Assembly: GCA_016186425.1 (NCBI GenBank)
Contig: JACPLR010000011.1
Span: forward strand, 13,206-77,205
From: Candidatus Pacearchaeota archaeon
GTDB taxonomy: Archaea; Nanobdellota; Nanobdellia; Pacearchaeales; GW2011-AR1
Direction of reading: 5' to 3'
DNA: 64,000 bases
Every line of letters begins with the position of its first letter. Positions within the stretch are counted from its first letter, which is position 1. This document shows positions 1-9,381 of this stretch, piece by piece. The notes beneath the pieces were generated by a model. It searched no databases. It was given only the letters and a program-made list of their open reading frames with translations, and was not told the origin of the DNA. The position numbers and the translations under genes are program-made.

Positions 1-8
1 ATGATCTG

Positions 9-335
9 ATGCCACAGCAAAGAAAAGATGCGATTATGAAATCAAGAGCAGTTTTAGGAGGGCAATTTTCAGAGCAATTAGCTCCATTCCTGCCTAATTT
101 CAAGTATCTGCCGACTGAAGCGAGGTTTATAGGAAAGCCGATAGATTTCCTAGTTTTTAAGGGAATGGATGAGAAAAAAATAGATGAAGTAGTATTTGTT
201 GAAGTTAAAAGCGGGAATGCAAAGACTTCTCCTGTTGAGAAAAGCCTTAAAGAAACAATTGAGAAGAAAAGAGTCAGGTGGGAAGAATACAGGATACCTG
301 AGGAATTAACTAAAAAGAAGGTGGAAGAGAAATAA
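9..335 (+). CDS. Holliday junction resolvase-like endonuclease (Endonuc_Holl type), probably 5'-truncated by the window edge
   Basis: SRAVLGGQFSEQLAP, FIGKPIDFLVF and FVEVKSG form a PD-(D/E)xK signature; the frame is open to the window start. Confidence 0.85.
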   Translation: MPQQRKDAIMKSRAVLGGQFSEQLAPFLPNFKYLPTEARFIGKPIDFLVFKGMDEKKIDEVVFVEVKSGNAKTSPVEKSLKETIEKKRVRWEEYRIPEELTKKKVEEK

Positions 336-431
336 TAAACTAAAAAACTAAAAGGAGGTAAAAATGACAACAGGATTGGAAAGCTTGGATTTGAATTATA
401 CTTAGAACAATACAATCAATTTCTTATCTAA

Positions 432-644
432 TCAGTTTACTAAATCAATAAATGAGACAATTAAAGTTTTATAATTATAATATATAGAATTATATGTAGA
501 AGTTAAATAATTCCCAAAGGAATTAGTTTTTATTTCAGGAGTTTTTTCTTTTACAAATACAGAAACAGTTATTCTTTCAGAGCTGGAAGCAGAGACCAAG
601 CTAGCTAGCATTAAAATTATGGCTATTAAACATATTATTTTCAT
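432..644 (-). CDS. small secreted hypothetical protein
   Basis: N-terminal signal-peptide-like segment MKIICLIAIILMLASLVSA; TATA-like TTTAAATA about 23 nt upstream on the minus strand. Confidence 0.5.
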   Translation of the reverse strand: MKIICLIAIILMLASLVSASSSERITVSVFVKEKTPEIKTNSFGNYLTSTYNSIYYNYKTLIVSFIDLVN

Positions 645-1007
645 AAAAAAAGAGCGAGATTAGGTTATTTAAATCTATTTATTTTCCGATATTGTCAACT
701 TATCGTGGTATAACCTATTTTTTAATAGACCAAAAACATTAATCCAAAATAATCATGGATTGCAGACCATATTAACTTTAAGAATAGTAACTATATATTT
801 ATTTAATTTTGAATTTAACAAACAGCTTAATTTCATATGTTTCAGTCTTTAAAGATAATTTATTATTATATCATATTAACTTGACAGTATCTTATTTTCC
901 TTAATACCCTGTGCTCTTGGCACTGGGATAAAATCATAACATGTAAAAATATACAATAATGAAGAGTAGTTTAGCTATAGATTAAATATTAATAAATGTA
1001 AAATAAG

Positions 1008-1032
1008 CGGACTGCCCCCCTAAAAGTAGACA
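1008..1032. mobile_element. possible solitary IS3-family (IS150-group-like) terminal inverted repeat remnant
   Basis: CGGACTGCCCCCCTAAAAGTAGACA is a GC-rich islet resembling TGAACTGCACCCCAAAAGTTAGACA-type IS ends as I recall them; no partner end or transposase seen. Confidence 0.35.
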
Positions 1033-1059
1033 AATAAATAATGAAATTAAATATTAGGT

Positions 1060-1662
1060 TTAGGCCACTTGTTTATTACGCTTCTTAATAAGAAAAAATA
1101 TTGATATAATTATGAATATAATAATTAAAACCGAGATAATTGCAATAACTATAGTTATATATGAAATATTTGATTTGTTTGCTTCAGCAGGCGGGATATT
1201 AGCTGTCTTTATTACAGATGATATTTCTGATTGTGACACTATTTCAACTGGGAAATCTACATTATATTCGACATTTAGCTTTACATTTCCTTCTCCTCCA
1301 GCTGGAGTGTACAATACTTTGAATCCTATAGTATAGTTATCCCCTATTTTTGCACTTTCTGGAATTGTTATTTTTATTATTATATTTTTATTATTCTCGC
1401 CAGGGCTTACTGTGTATTTATCTTCGCTTGTTATCGTTGCAATTTCGCTTCCTTTTGTGATAGAAACAGTTGCTTCGGTAGTTGGTTCATTTATACCATT
1501 TGCCAATGGAAATGCCACTTCTCTTGTTTCTCCAGAAGACATTTTTAATGGATTTTCTTGCCAGTATGGAGCGTTTACACCTAGAGCAAATGCTAAGTTT
1601 ATATTAATTATTACTAACACTGCTAATGTTATTATTGCGATTAATTTATTGCTATTACCCAT
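1060..1662 (-). CDS. membrane-anchored cell-surface protein (signal peptide, Ig-like domain, C-terminal TM plus basic tail)
   Basis: Start reassigned to ATG 1662 (MGNSNKLIAII); C-terminal hydrophobic helix followed by KKRNK. Confidence 0.75.
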   Translation of the reverse strand: MGNSNKLIAIITLAVLVIININLAFALGVNAPYWQENPLKMSSGETREVAFPLANGINEPTTEATVSITKGSEIATITSEDKYTVSPGENNKNIIIKITIPESAKIGDNYTIGFKVLYTPAGGEGNVKLNVEYNVDFPVEIVSQSEISSVIKTANIPPAEANKSNISYITIVIAIISVLIIIFIIISIFFLIKKRNKQVA

Positions 1663-2540
1663 GAACTGCCTCCTGTTGCAGAATATGCTTGAGAACTTAT
1701 TTCTGGAACTGATGTTAAACAATATGATAAGGTTTCTGTATTGGCTGCAGCTCCTCTTGGAAGTGTGGAGGTAGTTATTGCAGTTGATGAAGCATGCACT
1801 AGAGAATTTCCTAATCCACATACATCTGGTTGAGATAAGCCGGCTACTTTAAAATTCGCTGCTGGAATATTTTGCGATGCATCTGTTTCTCCAATTAAAT
1901 TATATGCAGTTGCTAAAATTGCCCCTGGAGGGGCTTCGAAATTTCCATTATTTGTAATTAATGTATTATCTGTTGAAAGAATATTAATATCTTCTGGAGC
2001 CACAGATGGGAAATTAATTATTGCCGGGCTAATTGAAATATCTCTTAAAAGGTTGACTGTCAGGGTTGATGAGCTTTGTGCAGTAGCTGCCTTTGTGTCA
2101 GCTACACTTACAGTTGCTGTCCATGCCCCGCTTTTATCATAATAATTCATTGAAACACTGCACTGATATGTTTTTTCCTTCCCTGCTGAAGATTGCATAG
2201 AACATGTTCCTGTTCGTGTTGGTTCTCCTGTATTTGTGAATTGCGCAGAAGCTGTTGCGTCAACAAGGTCATTTGCTCCGTTTGCATCTCTGGCTGTAAA
2301 TGTAACTAAGACAGATGTTGTTGACGGCGATGGATTTAAATTTACATTAGGTATTGCCTGCAGATTAGTAATTGTTGGCTGCGCATTTCCAACATTAATT
2401 TTTACTTGTGTTGGTTGAGATGGGGAAAGTCCAATATTTTGATTGTTTATTGCATACGAGAATGCATAGATTAAAATAACTGCAAGAATAATTATAGCCA
2501 AGATTAGAAACTTATTCAGCTTCTTTTTCCTCTTTTTCAT
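1641..2540 (-). CDS. secreted S/T-rich cell-surface protein
   Basis: Basic N-terminus plus TM helix; beta-rich T/S/A-rich body with RDANGANDL motif and paired Cys. Confidence 0.75.
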   Translation of the reverse strand: MKKRKKKLNKFLILAIIILAVILIYAFSYAINNQNIGLSPSQPTQVKINVGNAQPTITNLQAIPNVNLNPSPSTTSVLVTFTARDANGANDLVDATASAQFTNTGEPTRTGTCSMQSSAGKEKTYQCSVSMNYYDKSGAWTATVSVADTKAATAQSSSTLTVNLLRDISISPAIINFPSVAPEDINILSTDNTLITNNGNFEAPPGAILATAYNLIGETDASQNIPAANFKVAGLSQPDVCGLGNSLVHASSTAITTSTLPRGAAANTETLSYCLTSVPEISSQAYSATGGSSWVIAIN

Positions 2541-2637
2541 ACAAATACTAGCTTTTTATTGTTTAAAAAGATTTCTTTCATAAGTTTAGGCATAACGGAA
2601 AGGATAATTTTAAAAATATGCTTTTTCTGGAGTTATC

Positions 2638-3912
2638 ATGGAAAGAAGTTATATTGAAGAAGCTTTTAAGAAAAAAGGAAAAGTTTTGCTAAAAGGCTGG
2701 GTTCATGAAGTTAGAGACTTAAGCAAGATTAGGTTTATTATTCTTAGAGATATTACTGGCCAGATTCAGTTAGTTGGAGTGAAATCTGAAACAGGTGAAA
2801 AAGCTTTTGAGTTAATGAAAAGCTTGAACAGAGAAAGTGTTATTTCAGTTATAGGAGAGGTTAAGGATTCTAAACAGGCACCTGGTGGAAAAGAAGTTTT
2901 AATTGAGAAAATTGAGTTAATTGCCAAAGCAGAGCATCCTTTGCCAATTGATGTAAGTGATTTTTCGAAAACAGAACTGCCAAAAAGGCTAGATTACAGA
3001 TTTTTAGATTTGCACAGAAAGCAGACACAGGCTATTTTTAAGGTTCAGTCAACAATTCAACAAGCTTATATGGAATTTATGATTAATGAAGGAGCTGTAA
3101 TGGCTCAATTCCCTTCAATAATTGGAAGCAGCAGCGAGGGTGGAACTGATTTATTTAATGTTCAGTATTTTGAGAAAAAAGCGTGCTTGTCTCAAAGCTG
3201 TCAGTTGTATAAACAAATGCTGGCCTGTTCAATGGAAAAAGTTTTTGCAATATTCACAGTATGGAGAGCTGAAAAGCATAATACTGTAAGGCATTTGAAT
3301 GAATCAAGACAGTTTGATTATGAGCAGGCATTTGCAGATGATAAAGTTGTAATGGAAGTTTTAGGAAGATGTGTTCATTATATTGTTAAAAGAGTTATGG
3401 AATTAAATAAAAAAGAACTAGAGCTTTTAGAAGTTAAATTAAAAATTCCAACTACTAAGTATATTACTTTTGCACAGGTTTCCGAGATAATGAAAAAATA
3501 TAAGATTCATGTTGGAAAAGATGATCTTTCAGGAGAAGCTGAAGAAAAGCTTGGAGAGTTATATCCAGATACTATTGTTTTTGTTCATGACTGGCCTTTA
3601 AGCGGAAAGCCGTTTTATATAATGCCAAAAGGCAAGGATTTAAGTTACGGATTTGATGCAATTTACAAAGGAATGGAAATTTCATCAGGAGGGCAAAGAA
3701 TTCATCTTCCTGATTTATTAATTGAAAGACTTAAAGCCAAAGGACTTGATCCTAAACAATTTAAAGCTTATGTTGACAGTTTCAGATACGGAGCTCCAAT
3801 GCACGCTGGCTGGGGAGTTGGATTGGAAAGAATAACTATGTTAATTCTAGGATTGAAAAATATCAGAGAAGCTGTTTTATTCCCAAGAGACAGAGATAGA
3901 GTAAGCCCTTGA
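2638..3912 (+). CDS. aspS: aspartyl-tRNA synthetase (archaeal type, probably non-discriminating)
   Basis: N-terminal OB fold (GWVHEVRDL), RLDYRFLDL, motif 2 WRAEKHNT.RHLNE, motif 3 GWGVGLER, FPRDR. Confidence 0.95.
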   Translation: MERSYIEEAFKKKGKVLLKGWVHEVRDLSKIRFIILRDITGQIQLVGVKSETGEKAFELMKSLNRESVISVIGEVKDSKQAPGGKEVLIEKIELIAKAEHPLPIDVSDFSKTELPKRLDYRFLDLHRKQTQAIFKVQSTIQQAYMEFMINEGAVMAQFPSIIGSSSEGGTDLFNVQYFEKKACLSQSCQLYKQMLACSMEKVFAIFTVWRAEKHNTVRHLNESRQFDYEQAFADDKVVMEVLGRCVHYIVKRVMELNKKELELLEVKLKIPTTKYITFAQVSEIMKKYKIHVGKDDLSGEAEEKLGELYPDTIVFVHDWPLSGKPFYIMPKGKDLSYGFDAIYKGMEISSGGQRIHLPDLLIERLKAKGLDPKQFKAYVDSFRYGAPMHAGWGVGLERITMLILGLKNIREAVLFPRDRDRVSP

Positions 3913-3931
3913 TTTTAAGAAGAAAGAGTAA

Positions 3932-4561
3932 TTATAAAATTCTTACTTTATATGGTTGTGTTCTTAATTCTTTCCAGCTTTTAAACCACATTGGTTTCTG
4001 AGGGATTTCATCACCCATTTTTATAAAAATTTCTCCTCTTGAAACTTTTTCTACATCTATTCCACGAATAATCATTGCATTTACCCATTCATCATTTACA
4101 GGAGTTAAGTGGTTGAAAGTAACATCTGGACCATAAGTTGTTTTAAGAGTTTCAACAAATTCGCTGTATGAATCCCATTTTGGATGGGGCCATACTCCAT
4201 TTGATAAACCGTAAAGTTCTTGCTTTTGTTTGAATCTTTTTTCAGCTTCGCTAAAATTAATTCCCTCTTCAATTCTAAATTGGTATTTCTCTAAATTTTT
4301 ATCCTGCAATATTTCATCAACTCTTTCTGGAGAGTCTAAAATTCTTATAAGGCATGCTGGATGATCTGTTCCAGCTTCATTTTTCTGCCTCCATTGAACA
4401 GCTCCCTCAAGCTTCATATTTATTGGTCCGCTTAGCCAAGTTCCAATATGCATGTAAGTGGTTGTTGCTTTCCAGGCATCAGTTAACCCTTCTTTGTCCC
4501 GCCTATATAATTTTCTTATATCATCTTTTACATTCTTATGCAGGTCGTAAATTTCTAACAT
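3932..4561 (-). CDS. hypothetical protein
   Basis: 209-aa ORF with upstream TATA-like element; no motif recognised. Confidence 0.65.
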   Translation of the reverse strand: MLEIYDLHKNVKDDIRKLYRRDKEGLTDAWKATTTYMHIGTWLSGPINMKLEGAVQWRQKNEAGTDHPACLIRILDSPERVDEILQDKNLEKYQFRIEEGINFSEAEKRFKQKQELYGLSNGVWPHPKWDSYSEFVETLKTTYGPDVTFNHLTPVNDEWVNAMIIRGIDVEKVSRGEIFIKMGDEIPQKPMWFKSWKELRTQPYKVRIL

Positions 4562-4698
4562 TTTAGCATTATACTTTAATAGTGCTGAAAACTCTTTTAT
4601 AAGATTTTATATGCTGTTTTTTCATGATTTTAGTTATTACTAAAAATTAATGAAGCTTGATTAAAGAGGTTTTTAAAAAACAGAAAGACTTAAATACA

Positions 4699-4723
4699 CA
4701 TACATAGTATGAGTATATGTATG
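4699..4723. promoter_or_regulatory. inverted-repeat operator of the vapBC operon
   Basis: CATACATA-N9-TATGTATG overlaps the antitoxin ATG, downstream of CTTAAATA TATA-like box. Confidence 0.55.
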
Positions 4724-4987
4724 GGAAGTGTAAATATTGCTGTAAAAAAAGAAGCTTATGAATTTCTTAAGTCTTTGAAATCAGATAGCAAGAGCTTTTC
4801 CGATGTTATTTTGGAATTTAAAGAAACTAAGGGAAACAAGGAAAATATTATGAAATTTTTTGGGGTCTTAAAAAATAACAAAATATCATTAAGTGAAGTA
4901 GAGAGGAATATGAAAAGATTTAGAAAAGATTTTGAAAAAAGGGTGAGACACACTGCATTAATAATGGAGAAAAATAGATTAAAATGA
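4721..4987 (+). CDS. vapB: VapB-type antitoxin (DUF217-like)
   Basis: NIAVKKEAYEFLKSLK...KSFSDVI pattern; overlaps the downstream PIN gene. Confidence 0.8.
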   Translation: MGSVNIAVKKEAYEFLKSLKSDSKSFSDVILEFKETKGNKENIMKFFGVLKNNKISLSEVERNMKRFRKDFEKRVRHTALIMEKNRLK

Positions 4988-5376
4988 TTGGATTAGATAC
5001 AACCGCAATTATAGATCTTTTTAATGGTGATAAAAACCTTATATCTGTTTTAGAAAATATTAATGAACCTTTATCAACTACTATAATAAATTACCAAGAA
5101 ATTTTTTTTGGATTAAACATCTTTAATAGAGAGCATTTGGTAGAATATGCAAAATATGATGAATTTTTTAATAATTTGCTTGTTTTTCCTATCACAAAAC
5201 AATCTGCAAAAAAGGCCTCTTTGATTTTGTGGTCATTAAAAAAATTAGGACAAGAAATCGATAGGTTTGATTGTATGATTGCAGGAATATTTTTAGAGCA
5301 AGGGGTTAGTTCTGTTATAACAAGAAACACAAAACATTTTTCAGTTATCAAAGGTTTAAAGGTTGTTTCCTATTGA
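4984..5376 (+). CDS. vapC: VapC PIN-domain toxin
   Basis: LDTTAIID...E...FDCMIAG...ITRNTKHF PIN signature. Confidence 0.9.
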   Translation: MIGLDTTAIIDLFNGDKNLISVLENINEPLSTTIINYQEIFFGLNIFNREHLVEYAKYDEFFNNLLVFPITKQSAKKASLILWSLKKLGQEIDRFDCMIAGIFLEQGVSSVITRNTKHFSVIKGLKVVSY

Positions 5377-5436
5377 TTTTGTATATTTTCAATTATTTTA
5401 GAGAGGTTTTTAAAAGAATATTTCTTAATATATTAC

Positions 5437-6222
5437 ATGAAAATTTTAGCAATTGGTGATCCTCATGGAAGCATTCCTAAAAATTTGCCTAAAGATATAG
5501 ATTTAATTCTTTTAACAGGAGATATAGGAAAAGCAGACTTAGCTAGAAAAATGGCTTTTGAAAATATTGAGAGAAAAAAACAAGGGTTGCCTGAAGTTGA
5601 ATATTCTGCTATTCAAAAAAAAAGGGCTTTTATGGAAGAATATAATTCCTGTCTTTTTGTTGTTAGGTATTTATCTAAAATAGCTCCTGTTTATACTATT
5701 TATGGAAATGTGGAAAAGAATAATTATGAAGTAAGAAGGATAATGAAGGAAATAGGTATTAAATTGCCTTTTTTTACAAATGCTTTAAATTCAATTAGGA
5801 ATACGAGAGTTATTAATAATAAAGTTATAAAATTTAATGGATTAAGGATTGGTGGATTGGAATATTTTATTGATACTAATTGGGTTAGAGATTTTAAACC
5901 ATCTGAATATCGTGAAAGCCTGAAAGATGCTAAAAAAATGACGGAAAAAGCAAAGAGTATACTGGACTGGTTTAAAGAAGTAGATATTTTGGTTTGTCAT
6001 CAGCCACCTTATGGTATTTTAGATAAAGTAACTTTTAAATCTGCTCCAAAACATTGGATGGGAAAACATGCAGGAAGTGAAGCAATTTTAAAATATATTA
6101 AAAAATATCAGCCAGATTATGTGTTTTGCGGTCATATTCATGAAGGTGAAGGAATGAAAAGAATTGGTAAAACACAAGTGTATAATTTGGGTGTTGGCGG
6201 ATATAAAGTTATTAATCTATAA
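5437..6222 (+). CDS. calcineurin-like metallophosphoesterase
   Basis: GDPHG, TGD, GNVE, HQPP and GHIHE motifs. Confidence 0.9.
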   Translation: MKILAIGDPHGSIPKNLPKDIDLILLTGDIGKADLARKMAFENIERKKQGLPEVEYSAIQKKRAFMEEYNSCLFVVRYLSKIAPVYTIYGNVEKNNYEVRRIMKEIGIKLPFFTNALNSIRNTRVINNKVIKFNGLRIGGLEYFIDTNWVRDFKPSEYRESLKDAKKMTEKAKSILDWFKEVDILVCHQPPYGILDKVTFKSAPKHWMGKHAGSEAILKYIKKYQPDYVFCGHIHEGEGMKRIGKTQVYNLGVGGYKVINL

Positions 6223-6252
6223 CTTTATTAATTAGAAATAAATTATTCCATA

Positions 6253-6876
6253 ATGAAAATTATTCTTGAAATTGAAAGATTAATAAAGTCAAATGAATAT
6301 GTTATAAAAGATTACAAATTAATAGCTCTTTTTGGGAGTGTCTTAAAAGATAATAAATATGATGATATAGACTTAGTAACTATCGGAAATAATAAAAATC
6401 ATAATGTTTTTCTTAAAATTATAAAAGATTATTTTGAAACTAAAGGATTTAAGGTTATTTTCTTTAAAACAATTAAGAAAAAACCAGATGTAAAAGATAA
6501 AAAAGAGATGTTTATTCATGATTTACATTATCCAAACATTAATTATTTATTAGAAAAGGAATGGAAAAGTCCGATAATTCAAATTAAGTTACAATCAAGA
6601 GTGCTTTATGGATCTAAAAAAGGTATACCTTTGATTAAACTTAAAGAAAGAGATTTATATTACCCGTATTATGTGTGGTGTAAGGAAGTTAATAATAAAA
6701 TTAATTTTGACAGATTTCAAGATAATTTAATTAAGATTGTTCCGTTTTATTATAAAGAGTATTCTTATATAAGATTAAGCAATTTGGGATATACTCTATT
6801 AAAAATATTAAGAGGTCATAGTAACTGGCATGAAAAGAGAGATAGGATTATGAAGGTTTTCTTACAAAATCTATAG
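6253..6876 (+). CDS. Pol-beta-like nucleotidyltransferase-domain protein
   Basis: LFGS-x8-DDIDL motif followed by a helical C-terminal region. Confidence 0.6.
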   Translation: MKIILEIERLIKSNEYVIKDYKLIALFGSVLKDNKYDDIDLVTIGNNKNHNVFLKIIKDYFETKGFKVIFFKTIKKKPDVKDKKEMFIHDLHYPNINYLLEKEWKSPIIQIKLQSRVLYGSKKGIPLIKLKERDLYYPYYVWCKEVNNKINFDRFQDNLIKIVPFYYKEYSYIRLSNLGYTLLKILRGHSNWHEKRDRIMKVFLQNL

Positions 6877-6919
6877 ATTTTTAAACTTCTTCTTTTTTGA
6901 TTTAATATAGGATAATAAA

Positions 6920-7188
6920 ATGGCAAGTGAGTTAATGTGGCGAAGGGTTTCTGAAGCTGAGAAAAAGCAGATTGAAGAGAAAGCAAAGAGAATCATGCTT
7001 GATTTTGGCAAGACACTTGAAAAACTTCCAAAAGTTAAAGAAGCTGTTGTGGAAAGAGATGTTTTTATGAAAATATGAATTCTGATAGTGATAATAATAC
7101 TGATTTTAGAAAAATCATGTTTGATAATGCTCCAAACAAAGAAGGAGACTGCATTGTTGCTGAAAAAGGAAAATGGGTGGAGAAATAG
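6920..7188 (+). pseudogene. gatC: GatC-like amidotransferase subunit split by a frameshift near 7061-7076
   Basis: Frame 2 from ATG 6920 reads MASELMWRRVSEAEKKQIEE...VERDVFMKI* (stop 7076-78). Frame 1 continues ...DFRKIMFDNAPNKEGDCIVAEKGKWVEK* (ends 7188), a GatC-like C-terminus. It lies upstream of gatA and is missed by the ORF track. Confidence 0.7.
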
Positions 7189-7193
7189 GGAAA

Positions 7194-7469
7194 ATGGAAA
7201 GAAGATTAACACAAGATGAATTATTGATGAAGTTTCTTGAATTAAGAAAAGATATCCAGATGCATTTATTGGAAAGTTATCTTCATCCAAGTAATTTAGC
7301 TGGAGAATTATATGTTGATGAAATGGATTATTCACAGAGACATAAATATCTTGAAAATAGAGAAAAAGAGTTAATAATAATTTGCGGGAGAAAGGCTGGA
7401 AAAAAGTATGATATAATGATGTTTGATAAGGCTATTAATTATGTTAAATTAGCTTTGAATTTAAAATGA
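7194..7469 (+). CDS. hypothetical protein, paralog of 7466-7720
   Basis: Shares F.ELR.DIQ..LLESYL.P..L with the next ORF; start reassigned to ATG 7194. Confidence 0.7.
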   Translation: MERRLTQDELLMKFLELRKDIQMHLLESYLHPSNLAGELYVDEMDYSQRHKYLENREKELIIICGRKAGKKYDIMMFDKAINYVKLALNLK

Positions 7470-7720
7470 GCAGAAAAGTTATTTATTTGGATGATTTAAG
7501 ATCAAGATTTCAAGAGTTAAGACAGGATATTCAGGCTTATTTGCTGGAAAGTTATCTAGATCCAAAAAGCCTTGAAAGTGAAGAAAGAAAAGAAAAAGAT
7601 TTTCGGGAAAGAATAAAATTTTTTCATGTCCATCAAAACAGATTAACTGATATTTGTAAAAACGATCAAAAATCTTATAGCCAATCTGTAAATTATATTG
7701 CAGAGGTTTTAGGAGTTTAA
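7466..7720 (+). CDS. hypothetical protein, paralog of 7194-7469
   Basis: FQELRQDIQAYLLESYLDPKSL; overlaps the stop of the previous ORF. Confidence 0.7.
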   Translation: MSRKVIYLDDLRSRFQELRQDIQAYLLESYLDPKSLESEERKEKDFRERIKFFHVHQNRLTDICKNDQKSYSQSVNYIAEVLGV

Positions 7721-7790
7721 AAATAAGTTTAAAGAAAACAAAACTATAAAAAATTAAAATGATAAAAACAAATAAAATTTTAGAAGATAA

Positions 7791-7842
7791 GTATGAAAAA
7801 TTAAGTAAAGATATGGTAGAGATTCAAGAACCTTTTGAAAAA
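7791..7842 (+). repeat. partial core hairpin repeat (left arm plus TTCAA..TTGAA) abutting the gatA start
   Basis: aaattaagtaaagatatggtagagaTTCAAgaaccttTTGAA matches the family core. Confidence 0.65.
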
Positions 7843-7846
7843 TAAA

Positions 7847-9211
7847 ATGAGCGTTATAGAAAAAATAAAGCAGATAAAAGCAGGGAAGATGACAGCTGAG
7901 CAAAACATAAAAGGATTTCTAAATGCAATTGAAAAAGACAATGGGAATGGCAGAAAAATAAATGCAGTGTTAAGTTTGAATCCTAATGCAGTTTCTGATG
8001 CAAGAAAAATTGATGAGAGAATAAGAAAAGGGCAGAAAGTTGGGAAGCTTGCAGGAGCTGGAATAATTGTTAAGGCAAATATTTGTGTTAAAAACCTTGA
8101 ATGTAATTGTGCCAGTTTAACATTAAAAGACTGGAAATCTCCTTATGATGCTAGTGTTATTCAGAAAATAAAAAAAGAAGATGGAATAATTATTGGAATT
8201 GCTAATATGGATGAGTTTGCTTGCGGAGGTAGTGGAGAAACCAGCGCTTTTGGTGTGACAAAAAACCCCCGCAACTTAACCTTGATTCCTGGAGGAACTT
8301 CAAGTGGAAGTGCAGCAAGTGTTGCAGCTGGTTTTTGTGATTTAGCTTTAGGAAGTGATACAGGGGGAAGTATTAGAAATCCGGCTTCACATTGCGGAGT
8401 TGTTGGATTGAAACCCAGTTATGGTGCTGTTTCCCGTTATGGATTAATTGACATGGCAATGAGTTTTGATCAAATTGGTCCTTTGGCAAGAGATATTGAA
8501 TCAGCTGCTTTATTATTTGATGTAATAAAAGGTTATGATGAGCATGACCCTACAACTTATAATGACGAGGAACATAATAAAGAAATAACTTTAGAGAAAA
8601 TTGGAAAGAAGATTATAATTGGAGTTATAAAACCATTGGCAAACAAGCAAGTTCAGAGTATTATTGATGATAAAATAAGTTTAATGTGTGAGAAGTTAGG
8701 ATGGAATAAAAAACAGATTGAAATAAAGTATATCGATGTTGCAGTTCAGACTTATTATCCAATTGTTTATGTTGAGTTTTTTTCAGGAACTAGAAAATTT
8801 GATGGAAGAAGATTTGGAAAAAAAATTGAAGATGTTGCAGGGCCTGAAGTTCTAAGAAGAATTTTAGGAGGAAGTGAGATTTCAAAGGCAGAGTATGAAG
8901 GAAGGTATTATAAAAAAGCATTAGAAGTCAAGCAGATTATTAAAGAAGAATTTGAAAATGCTTTTAAGAAAGTTGATTGCTTGATTGTTCCTACATGTCC
9001 GGGTTTGCCTTGGAAGATTGGAGAGTCAATGAGGGTTGAAGAAATTTATGCTTATGATGCTTTGACAATTCCTGCTAATTTGGCAGAAATCTGTTCTGTA
9101 ACAATTCCTGCAGGAATTGTTAGTGGAGTTCCTGTGGGCATGCAGGTAATGTGTGCTAAGGCAAATGAGGGAAAGATGCTGAGCATTGCGAGGGAGATTG
9201 AAAAATTATAA
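7847..9211 (+). CDS. gatA: Asp/Glu-tRNA amidotransferase subunit A
   Basis: Amidase signature GGTSSGSAA...GSDTGGSIRNPAS; EVLRRILGG. Confidence 0.93.
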   Translation: MSVIEKIKQIKAGKMTAEQNIKGFLNAIEKDNGNGRKINAVLSLNPNAVSDARKIDERIRKGQKVGKLAGAGIIVKANICVKNLECNCASLTLKDWKSPYDASVIQKIKKEDGIIIGIANMDEFACGGSGETSAFGVTKNPRNLTLIPGGTSSGSAASVAAGFCDLALGSDTGGSIRNPASHCGVVGLKPSYGAVSRYGLIDMAMSFDQIGPLARDIESAALLFDVIKGYDEHDPTTYNDEEHNKEITLEKIGKKIIIGVIKPLANKQVQSIIDDKISLMCEKLGWNKKQIEIKYIDVAVQTYYPIVYVEFFSGTRKFDGRRFGKKIEDVAGPEVLRRILGGSEISKAEYEGRYYKKALEVKQIIKEEFENAFKKVDCLIVPTCPGLPWKIGESMRVEEIYAYDALTIPANLAEICSVTIPAGIVSGVPVGMQVMCAKANEGKMLSIAREIEKL

Positions 9212-9307
9212 ACTTCTAAAATTTAGTGTCCGTAGTCCAACTAAATTTTTTATATTTAATCTGAAAATGTAAGAAACTTAATCTTAAATAATATCAGGTT
9301 ACTTTAG

Positions 9308-9345
9308 ATAAATTAGGTAGGGATATGGTATATTTTCAAAACATA
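9308..9345 (+). repeat. partial core hairpin repeat (left arm)
   Basis: ataaattaggtagggatatggtatattttcaaaac; upstream atttaatctgaaaatgtaa is shared with the region near 15773. Confidence 0.55.
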
Positions 9346-9381
9346 ATTAACTTTTTAAACAACATTTATTTTTCTATTATT

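Noticed and set aside
6871..7335. 154-aa minus-strand ORF
   Set aside because: It is an antisense shadow of the frameshifted gatC and the next gene.
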